Assembly: GCA_003696645.1 (NCBI GenBank)
Contig: RFGN01000738.1
Span: forward strand, 1-34,628
Source of the DNA: Gammaproteobacteria bacterium
GTDB taxonomy: Bacteria > Pseudomonadota > Gammaproteobacteria > J025
Reading direction: 5' to 3'
Length of the DNA stretch: 34,628 bases
The translations under genes were made by a program, and so were the position numbers. Below the pieces are notes generated by a model. It made no database searches and was not told where the DNA came from. It worked only from the letters and a program-made list of their open reading frames with translations. Positions within the stretch are counted from its first letter, which is position 1. Each line of letters starts with the position of its first letter. Positions 8,641 to 15,600 of this stretch are shown in pieces.

Positions 8641-10080
8641 ATGTTTGATTCTTCCGTAAAGCGAAACAGGCTGTCATTCGCGCTCATGGCAATCATGGTT
8701 ATACCCGCGTTATGCTTGGCAGACGATGGGTGGCGTAAGCCCGCTGTTCAACCCGAAGTTCACAGGTTGATATTGGCTGTCGACGTCGATCACGATGCTT
8801 TTGAAAACCACTTCAAAGGATCAGAGGAAGAACTGGATCGTCGTTTGCGAGAGGAATTCATCCCGGCCTTGAACGAAGCGTTTACGCCGGAGACGGGGAT
8901 CCTGTGGGAGCTTGGTCCGGTCGTGGCAAGACCGAACGTGAACGAATCTCCCTATGCTGACAGTCATGATGGATATGAGATATACCGTCGGTTAAGGGAG
9001 AACTGGGAGCCAAGGGACGATGAGTTCGACCGCGTGATATGTTTTACGGACAGAAGGATCGGCGTGGCGGGCCTGGCGGGGGGCAAGTGGACCGTACTGA
9101 CCGGTGTCTGGGGTGCGTGGTGGCACGAGCTGTCACACACGTTCGGCAATCCGCACGGCGGTCGCGGCACATTGGAGACCGGCTCAATGAGTCAGCGGAA
9201 TGATCGCAGACTCTTGGAGCTGGAAAAAACACATCGTTACACCGACACCGAGGTCGACTCGACCTGGCGGATACTTGCCGAAAATGCGGATCGGTTTGAG
9301 CGGGTGCAAGGCCCTATTGATCCATACCCGCCGTATGCCCGGCTCGATCTTGCAGTCATAGATTCACGCACCGAGTCATCCATCATAATTGACCCGCTGG
9401 ACAACGATCATGACATCAACGGGGACCGAATCCGTATATCTTCATTTGATTCGATCACCCGTTTCGGGGGAAGTGTTAAAAAGACAATCCGCGAGGATGA
9501 CGGAGTGGAGGTACTTCGCTACACACCGCCACCCGGCGGCCGGATGATGCCAGACCGTTTCATGTACACACTGGAAGATGAATCAGGAAGAACGAACCGG
9601 GGGCACGTGGTCGTGCAGGTTCTGGGCACGTTCGACAAGGACACCGAGTACGAAATCACACACACCGAAGAAGGACGGGCCATTGCGGGTGAAACCGACG
9701 GAAAGATCAACATAGGTATCCATGGTTCAGACCTGAACGCGATCGCCCCGTTGATCCGCTGGAAACTCGAACCTGCGGAAGAGGGCGGCTTCTATCTTCA
9801 TCACGTTCATACTGGTATGTACCTGGGATACGCCGGCCCACGACCAAGTGAAGGTGCGGAGGTGCTTTTCATTGATCCGGCTGAAGGCCAAAACCCCCCA
9901 CGATGGACGATCACCCATCACAGTGGCGTGTATTTCACGCTCCAGCCTTATGGCTCGGAACTCAGGCTGCTTTCACCATACCCAGCAAGCACACCACTGA
10001 CTTTAGGACGCCCCAAGAACGAAGTTGATAAAGGATATCGCAGCCAATTCTGGGTTATCGATCCACTTCAATCACCATGA
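8641..10080 (+). CDS. Secreted metzincin-like zinc metallopeptidase with cadherin-like and ricin-type beta-trefoil-like C-terminal domains
   Basis: 479-aa ORF with a signal peptide (LSFALMAIMVIPALCLA/DD). An exact HExxHxxGxxH motif, HELSHTFGNPH, lies at residues 162-172 (nt 9124-9156). A possible Met-turn, GSMSQ, lies at nt 9181-9195. Residues of about 235-330 look like a bacterial cadherin/VCBS-type repeat (IIIDPLDNDHDINGDRIRISSF...LRYTPPPGG..DRFMYTLEDESGRTNRGHVVVQV). The C-terminal 140 aa or so has three evenly spaced (Q/R)xW-like motifs: IRWKL, PRWTI and QFWVI. Confidence 0.6.
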   Translation: MFDSSVKRNRLSFALMAIMVIPALCLADDGWRKPAVQPEVHRLILAVDVDHDAFENHFKGSEEELDRRLREEFIPALNEAFTPETGILWELGPVVARPNVNESPYADSHDGYEIYRRLRENWEPRDDEFDRVICFTDRRIGVAGLAGGKWTVLTGVWGAWWHELSHTFGNPHGGRGTLETGSMSQRNDRRLLELEKTHRYTDTEVDSTWRILAENADRFERVQGPIDPYPPYARLDLAVIDSRTESSIIIDPLDNDHDINGDRIRISSFDSITRFGGSVKKTIREDDGVEVLRYTPPPGGRMMPDRFMYTLEDESGRTNRGHVVVQVLGTFDKDTEYEITHTEEGRAIAGETDGKINIGIHGSDLNAIAPLIRWKLEPAEEGGFYLHHVHTGMYLGYAGPRPSEGAEVLFIDPAEGQNPPRWTITHHSGVYFTLQPYGSELRLLSPYPASTPLTLGRPKNEVDKGYRSQFWVIDPLQSP

Positions 10081-10386
10081 TCACATGTGGCATGAGGCCA
10101 CGGTTTATGATGCCATATTGAAAACACCATTGGCGATACTAAAGCGGCCCGTACATTCTTCTCTGAATTACATTGCCTTTTCTTTGGATGGGAAGATCAT
10201 GCTGTTCATGTCGAAGGCGTGCAATTGAAACCTCTGGGGTCGACTTCAAACCAGACATGAGTCGGGCCGATATTGATCCAATCACCTGCACCGGGAAAAA
10301 CAATTTCTCGACGTTCTCATCTCGCCGATATCGGTCTTCCTCTTGAATCGGGGAAGCGGGGAAACAGGAACGGGTAACCGGCCTAT

Positions 10387-10421
10387 GGAAAAGGCCGCCA
10401 GCCGATCAAGGCGGGCGGCCT
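10387..10421 (-). terminator. Intrinsic terminator candidate downstream of the PEP-CTERM/dockerin gene
   Basis: On the minus strand, AGGCCGCC (10421-10414), a 14-nt loop and GGCGGCCU (10399-10392) form a perfect 8-bp GC-rich stem. UUUCC follows the stem. It begins 35 nt after the stop codon at 10456. Confidence 0.5.
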
Positions 10422-10455
10422 CAATAGAAGGATCACTGAGTGTGGGCACGATGGG

Positions 10456-11460
10456 TCAACGGCGACGCAGAGCAGCCAGACCTCCCAGACCCAGCAAGCA
10501 GAGGGATGCCGGTTCGGGCACGGCAGCGGCCGGGGGCGGCGTGCCGGCGTTCCAGTTCCCCAAAACAATATTGAGGTCCGCGATACCTACGAACGCATCA
10601 CCAGAAGGATCCGCCGCTGCAGGAGCCGGGGGCACGTTCAGATTCCAGGCACCAAGGATCAGGTTAAGGTCACTGATACCAACGAACCCGTCGTTGTCCA
10701 GATCACCATCCAGAGAGCCGGGATTCAGCGTCACGTCAAGCTGAACATTGTCGACCAATGCACGGCCCACCGGCGGGTCCGCCCCCATCAGGATCATCAG
10801 ACGAACCGTGGAATACGGTGCGGTCGCGGTCAACGAGTCGGAAAGCTCATTGGGGCCACCCGATGTTCGGTCGGTTCCTCCGAGGTTTGTCGCGCTGGCG
10901 CCGGTCAACTCGGTAATGGTGGTATCGTCGAAAACGAGGAAGGTACGGAAATCCGCAGAGGTCGATTGATCGCTGCCCGCCAGGTAGGAAACATCAAACA
11001 CATCGCCCGCGGAACCGGCAACGGCATAGGCGTCGGAGACCACCGCGACTTCACCGGCGTTCGTAAACGCCTGACCACCGGGAGCATCCGGGTCGTCAAA
11101 ACCGTACAAACCGTCGATCCCGAAAGCGCCGTTACCTGCGTCAGCAAATGTACGGTAGACCGTCCACCCGTCAATCACCACGCCGACGCCATCGGTGATG
11201 GTCGTAAAATCGGCCAGATCATTAGGCGCTCCGTACTGATAAATGTCATACATCACACGGGGGCGTTCCGGGATGTAAATCGGAACGTCGAAACGGTTGA
11301 CCAGACTGGTCTCATTAATACTGGTGACTTCGAATTCACCATTTCCCAGACCAATGCCGGCCGTGATCAGTGTATCCGCCTGCGTGACGTTCGAGGTCAT
11401 CATGACCGCAGGCACCGCCAAACATAACAGGGACCATTTTCTCATTCGGGAAACCTCCAT
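10456..11460 (-). CDS. PEP-CTERM sorting-domain protein with a two-repeat dockerin-like module
   Basis: 334-aa ORF with a signal peptide (KWSLLCLAVPAVMMTSNVTQA). The C-terminal VPEPASLCLLGLGGLAALRRR (nt 10459-10521) has the three PEP-CTERM elements: a PEP motif, a TM helix and an Arg cluster. About 220 aa of the N-terminal domain is shared with the adjacent paralogue. Confidence 0.85.
   Translation of the reverse strand: MEVSRMRKWSLLCLAVPAVMMTSNVTQADTLITAGIGLGNGEFEVTSINETSLVNRFDVPIYIPERPRVMYDIYQYGAPNDLADFTTITDGVGVVIDGWTVYRTFADAGNGAFGIDGLYGFDDPDAPGGQAFTNAGEVAVVSDAYAVAGSAGDVFDVSYLAGSDQSTSADFRTFLVFDDTTITELTGASATNLGGTDRTSGGPNELSDSLTATAPYSTVRLMILMGADPPVGRALVDNVQLDVTLNPGSLDGDLDNDGFVGISDLNLILGAWNLNVPPAPAAADPSGDAFVGIADLNIVLGNWNAGTPPPAAAVPEPASLCLLGLGGLAALRRR
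10522..10725 (-). other. Dockerin-like module (two Ca-loop/helix repeats) inserted before the PEP-CTERM signal
   Basis: This 68-aa segment reads NPGSLDGDLDNDGFVGISDLNLILGAWN...DPSGDAFVGIADLNIVLGNWNAGTPPPAAA. It contains two copies of a D-x-[DS]-x-D-[GA]-F-V-G-I-x-D-L-N-x-x-L-G-x-W-N pattern. The segment is absent from the paralogue at 11638..12432. Confidence 0.7.
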
Positions 11461-11637
11461 TTAGAGTTTCAAAGGTGACTTGCTTAGTCTCGTATCCCAC
11501 CTCCGCGGCCCGTCAATCCGATCAGACAATGCCGAGAGGAAGATCACGCCTTGCCCAAGACCGATGTTCAATCGGGTGAGGGCCACGGGGGAGGGATATT
11601 CACTTGCGAATCGATCACATCAACACTGACCACTCAA

Positions 11638-12432
11638 TCAACGACGCCGAAGCATCGCCAGCCCTCCCAGCCCCAACAAGGCCAAAGAAGCGGGTTCAGG
11701 GACGAGGGTCACATCCATCTGAACATTGTCCACCAATGCCCGGTTCAGCGCCCCGCCGGCATTACCGGTGATCATCAGGCGAACGGTCGAATATGCCGCA
11801 GGAGCCACAAGCGTATCGGAAAGCTCATTGGGGCCGCCAGCGGTGCGATCCGTACCGCCAAGGTTATCCGCCGCAGCGCCAGCCAGTTCGATGATCGTGG
11901 TGTCATCAAAAACCAGGTATGCACGGAAATCAACCACGGAACTTTGATCGCTGCCGGCCAGGAACGACACGTCGAATTGATCACCGGCGGAACCTGTCAC
12001 GGCGTATGCATCCGACACCACCGCGATTTCACCCGCGTTGGCGAAAGCCTGCCCGCCGGGGGTCGATCCGAACGGGCCGGGCGCGAATCCGTAGAGACCG
12101 TCGACGCCGAAGGCCCCGTTGCTCGAGGTGTAATGCGACCGGTAGATGGTCCAGCCGTCAATCTTCACCCCGATCCCGTCGGTGATGGTAGAGAAATCTG
12201 CCAAATCGGTCGGCGCCCCAAAATTAGCGGAGTCGGTCATGGCCCGGGGCCGATTCAAGGCGATGATGGGTGAACTGAGTGTGTTGACCAGTGAAACCTG
12301 TGACGCGTCCGTAACATGGAACTCCCCGTTACCCGACCCGAGATTGGGCCCGATCAGAGTAGCCGCGTCGCTGGTGTTCAAGGTCACCATCAGAGCGGGG
12401 GCTGCCAACAACATTGCGGTCAAACTTTTCAT
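11638..12432 (-). CDS. PEP-CTERM sorting-domain protein (paralogue without dockerin)
   Basis: 264-aa ORF with a signal peptide (MKSLTAMLLAAPALMVTLNTSDA). The C-terminal signal is VPEPASLALLGLGGLAMLRRR (nt 11641-11703). A long block is conserved with 10456..11460: GQAFxNAGExAVVSDAYAVxGSAGDxFDVSxLAGSDQS...FLVFDDTTIxEL...NLGGTDRTxGGPNELSD...YSTVRLMI. Confidence 0.85.
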   Translation of the reverse strand: MKSLTAMLLAAPALMVTLNTSDAATLIGPNLGSGNGEFHVTDASQVSLVNTLSSPIIALNRPRAMTDSANFGAPTDLADFSTITDGIGVKIDGWTIYRSHYTSSNGAFGVDGLYGFAPGPFGSTPGGQAFANAGEIAVVSDAYAVTGSAGDQFDVSFLAGSDQSSVVDFRAYLVFDDTTIIELAGAAADNLGGTDRTAGGPNELSDTLVAPAAYSTVRLMITGNAGGALNRALVDNVQMDVTLVPEPASLALLGLGGLAMLRRR

Positions 12433-12558
12433 CGTAACTCCTCCTCCAAAACTATGGACATGGTAAAAATCAAGTACACGCCAATCGCAGATAACTAAAC
12501 GAATCTCAACTCAAGCAATACTGAACTGACGACACGGGTATTACCCGCACCAAGACTA

Positions 12559-12569
12559 GTTAATTTAAC
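12559..12569. promoter_or_regulatory. Perfect palindrome GTTAA-T-TTAAC
   Basis: Read directly. It lies about 130 bp upstream of the PEP-CTERM gene start at 12432 and is preceded by CTA, as in CTAGTTAA at 5216-5223. Confidence 0.45.
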
Positions 12570-12661
12570 CCACCCGTAATTCCTCCCATTCATCTGCTTT
12601 ACGACCCGTATTATGCCGCAAACATGCATGTATTTCAAGAGTAAATTGAAGATTTTGATAT

Positions 12662-12672
12662 GTTAAATTAAC
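12662..12672. promoter_or_regulatory. Perfect palindrome GTTAA-A-TTAAC
   Basis: Read directly. This is the second copy in the same spacer, 103 bp from the first, and is followed by an extra ATTTAAC half-site at 12675-12681. Confidence 0.45.
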
Positions 12673-12774
12673 TCATTTAACCTCCCAGAACTGGCTGTGC
12701 CCCACAGACTTGTGCGCAAACGCGGTCCAACGGGTAAATTTTGGGTATGCGTTATGAAGACCTGCCCGAGTAAC

Positions 12775-12804
12775 CGCAGACCCCAAAAAAAGGTGGGATC
12801 CGCG
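12775..12804 (-). terminator. Strand-specific stem-loop just after the beta-helix gene stop (possible terminator or 3' stability element)
   Basis: The minus-strand RNA reads CGCGGAUCCC-ACCUUUUUUU-GGGGUCUGCG. This gives a 10-bp stem containing two G.U pairs, which would be A.C mismatches on the plus strand. The U7 run is in the loop rather than after the stem, so it is not a canonical terminator. Confidence 0.3.
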
Positions 12805-12807
12805 CCT

Positions 12808-15219
12808 TTATTCGATCATCCAAGGCTGGATCGGATATCGGAGATAGGCCGTTGCCTGGTCGTAACGACCACCCGTTGAGGGTGTATCACGGTACCGCTG
12901 GTAGAGGGCTGAACGATACGTGTCGGGGTTCGGAGGATGGGGCCGGTAGACACTTTGATACAGGCCTACTTTGTCAAGATCACAGGCCCGAAACCCGGGG
13001 ATCGGCTGAAATCCGGGTTTGAGACGGAAGTTCAGACGGGCCGGGTCGACAAAATCGTCCATGCTGATCTTCATGGGGGCGTTGTATTCAAACGTATCCG
13101 GCAGATCTTCCATGGTGGGCTTGATACGCGGTTGATCTTCCTCCAACAGACTCCAGTTCGGGTGGATATGGACTACCGCATAAGGGTCGTCTTCCCGAAC
13201 TTGATCGCTGTAGTTATTCAACATCGACCCGTAACTCTGCGCAAAGGGATTCTCATTCATATATCGAGCAAAGACGGGGAAGGCTTCGCTCCAGGGCGGT
13301 CTGTTCCAGCCTTGCGGGCCAACGACCTGCTCCACGTTATAGATCACGTCTTCTTTGCCCCCTCGAGGATAACGCCCACTCTCAAAGTGACGGGCAATCT
13401 CATCAAAAGCGGCCTTGACCTGTTCGGGGGTGCTGGGCATATGCGAAGTCCACCAGATCAATGGGCAATCCAACACGATATTGTCCCGGATGTGGCTGTT
13501 CGGCCCGCCGAACGCGATCGCACCACGCCCGGTCTTGTAAAAAATATTGCTCTGGTAAGTTGTCCCGGTTCCCCCATCATCATTGCGCGCCGCCATCACG
13601 GGATAGCGCGTCGGCTCCTCCATCATGTGATGGAAGAAGTTGTTCTCAACACGGTTACCGTTGCAAAACTTACTGGCCCCCTGGTAGAGCACATTCCAGT
13701 CACCCATCTCCCAACCCACATTGAAGAATTCGTTGTTGACAAAGTCGATGTAAGCGCCCGAGTAAGTGATGCCGGCGTTGGTGTCGTGATAAATGTTGTT
13801 GGTAAACCGGATCCCGCATCCGCTCAACCCGACCCCGCCGTATCCTCTTAAACGGATATGATGAAAATCGCAGTTCTCGATGTAATGATCCGCCCGGATC
13901 AGGTTTCGCAGATCACCCCCATCGATGGTCAAGGCGTTATGCAGGTTGTAGAAATCACAAGCGTTGAAGCCGTGTCGGCTACCTCCCACGACCCGAGCCC
14001 CTCGGCCTATGAAATTGCGAAATATACATGAAGCGATTGTGACGTCGTTACCACCTTCGATCGACAGGCCCAACTCGCCTCCCCCCTCGAAGATGAACCC
14101 ACGCAGGATGATGTGCTGCGCATCCTGAATGCGCACCATGACCGGGCCTCCAGGGATCATGATCCGGGCCTGCTCGATGTCAGGATCGATCGGCCAGAGA
14201 TAGAGCTTCTGCTCTTTCCGGTCGTAATACCACTCACCGGGCATGTCGAGCTCACACAAGATATTTTCAAAATAGAGTCGGCGATTCGGCGCGAATTTCG
14301 GCTTATCATTAGGGTTGGCAAAACCACCACGGTAGCGAACGCCCCCGATACCGTAGCGCGTGGAATCCAGCAGCTGAATCACACCGTCCTGACTGACGCG
14401 TGCAACCTGATTCGCGTCTTTGGTCCAATCGGTGCTGAGATACCCATCCTGCCGAATATCCTGCGTGCGTTGCAGTTCGCGACCCCACGCAGCAAAGTCC
14501 GTTTTTTCCACGGTCGTAAACTTGCCGCCTATCGGTTTATCAAAACTATATTCAGGCTCTTTTTCACCCGCCTTCAACCACCGCAGTGTCGGCCCCATAT
14601 CGATAACCTTGTCCAGGTGCACAAAGCCCCTGTTGGGCCAACGAGCCAACTGCAGGGTGTATTCGTTCCAAGTCAGCATGCCATATTTCCCGTGCCCACC
14701 CGAAAACGCACCTGCAATGAGCTGATCTTGAGACGTTTGAGACGTTTCAGACCCTCCCGGGAATGCTTTCGCCATGGACGTGCCCGCCAGATCAGCCACT
14801 ATGACGTGACCTCGCGCCTTGGGATTCAAATAAGTTAATTCCCGGCTATCAGGCTCTCGAAACAAGTCCGTGGGGACACGGACGCCGGTGGTAAGAATGA
14901 CCTGCTCACCCTCAGCCACGCGATAGGTGATCGGGGCGTTGGCACTGCCGCTGTCCTCCGGCCCCAGCACCAACGGGCCCTCCATACGATATTCACCCGC
15001 ATGTACGATTACCGTGTGAGATTCTTGACGATCCGGGTTCTGTTGGCGATAGCGCCGGATAGCATCCCGAGCCTGACTCAATGATGAAAAGGGCTGTTCT
15101 TGCGTACCGAGTTGATCCGGGCTACCTGCCGGAGAAACATGCCACTGCCCGGCCAACGCCCCCGTGATGCATACAGATACCACCAATAACGAAGCAACTA
15201 AGCGTCCGAGCCTGCCCAT
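12808..15219 (-). CDS. Secreted right-handed parallel beta-helix repeat protein (paralogue of 2596..4827)
   Basis: The ORF track gives 12808..15240 with a TTG start. I prefer the ATG at 15219 (MGRLGRLVASLLVVSVCITGALAG), which is preceded by GGAGG 7 nt upstream. The mature start is WHVSPAGSPDQLGTQEQPFSSLSQARDAIRRY. PbH1-like repeats are present: NDVTIASCIFRNFIGRGARVVGG, HYIENCDFHHIRLRGYGGVGLSG and GIRFTNNIYHDTNAGITYSG. Confidence 0.75.
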   Translation of the reverse strand: MGRLGRLVASLLVVSVCITGALAGQWHVSPAGSPDQLGTQEQPFSSLSQARDAIRRYRQQNPDRQESHTVIVHAGEYRMEGPLVLGPEDSGSANAPITYRVAEGEQVILTTGVRVPTDLFREPDSRELTYLNPKARGHVIVADLAGTSMAKAFPGGSETSQTSQDQLIAGAFSGGHGKYGMLTWNEYTLQLARWPNRGFVHLDKVIDMGPTLRWLKAGEKEPEYSFDKPIGGKFTTVEKTDFAAWGRELQRTQDIRQDGYLSTDWTKDANQVARVSQDGVIQLLDSTRYGIGGVRYRGGFANPNDKPKFAPNRRLYFENILCELDMPGEWYYDRKEQKLYLWPIDPDIEQARIMIPGGPVMVRIQDAQHIILRGFIFEGGGELGLSIEGGNDVTIASCIFRNFIGRGARVVGGSRHGFNACDFYNLHNALTIDGGDLRNLIRADHYIENCDFHHIRLRGYGGVGLSGCGIRFTNNIYHDTNAGITYSGAYIDFVNNEFFNVGWEMGDWNVLYQGASKFCNGNRVENNFFHHMMEEPTRYPVMAARNDDGGTGTTYQSNIFYKTGRGAIAFGGPNSHIRDNIVLDCPLIWWTSHMPSTPEQVKAAFDEIARHFESGRYPRGGKEDVIYNVEQVVGPQGWNRPPWSEAFPVFARYMNENPFAQSYGSMLNNYSDQVREDDPYAVVHIHPNWSLLEEDQPRIKPTMEDLPDTFEYNAPMKISMDDFVDPARLNFRLKPGFQPIPGFRACDLDKVGLYQSVYRPHPPNPDTYRSALYQRYRDTPSTGGRYDQATAYLRYPIQPWMIE

Positions 15220-15259
15220 GTCATGCCTCCATCCAAACAAGCAGCGGAAGTGAAATCAT

Positions 15260-15276
15260 AAAGTTAATTTAACTTT
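15260..15276. promoter_or_regulatory. Perfect 17-bp palindrome AAAGTTAA-T-TTAACTTT
   Basis: Read directly. It lies 41 bp upstream of the preferred ATG (15219) of the beta-helix gene. It is the longest instance of the GTTAA-N-TTAAC family. Confidence 0.5.
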
Positions 15277-15600
15277 TATATTACACATTTTACATTTCCC
15301 CGCAAGGCCGAACTTTGATAAACTATGCTCATGAGCCGTGAAACATAGCGAACGGACAGTGTTGACGAGAAGGCGCCGCAGCCACACTATGTATTAAAAG
15401 TTTTATTTCAATGGTTTATATATCTCAAAACAACTCAGCTGCTTTGTTGGCAATTCCAATCTGTCCGTTCGTTACCGCCAACAAGACTTTTCCAGGGATG
15501 CCGGGCAATTAGTTAAAATCAGTTAATTTATAGCGGTTCATGGCCGGACTCTTCACATACTCTGATACATGAGATCCCCTTAACACCATACCCAACTGTC

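Noticed and set aside
10085-10228. A 47-codon ATG ORF (MWHEATVYDAILKTPLAILKRPVHSS...) directly after the metzincin gene.
   Set aside because: It has no ribosome-binding site, no recognisable motif and no hydrophobic segment. It may be chance, and only conservation or Ribo-seq could rescue it.
10343-10744. A 133-aa plus-strand ORF with an internal repeat (FQFPKTILRSAIPTNASP / FRFQAPRIRLRSLIPTNPS). The 240-aa ORF at 11551..12273 is a similar case.
   Set aside because: The internal repeat is just the antisense image of the two dockerin repeats. Both ORFs are antisense to well-supported PEP-CTERM genes.
10456-12432. I considered whether the two PEP-CTERM paralogues are a diversity-generating retroelement template/variable pair or some other repeat system (CRISPR-like or tandem DNA repeat).
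   Set aside because: The nucleotide differences are spread over all bases and along the whole genes, with roughly 70 percent identity by eye. They are not concentrated at adenines in a short variable region. No reverse transcriptase lies nearby, and there is no short direct-repeat/spacer architecture.
12937-13851. A 304-aa plus-strand ORF inside the second beta-helix gene. The similar ORFs at 14113..14838 and 3274..4023 lie inside the beta-helix genes as well.
   Set aside because: These are antisense shadow ORFs. They have no motifs and a biased composition, and the opposite strand carries strong beta-helix repeat signatures.
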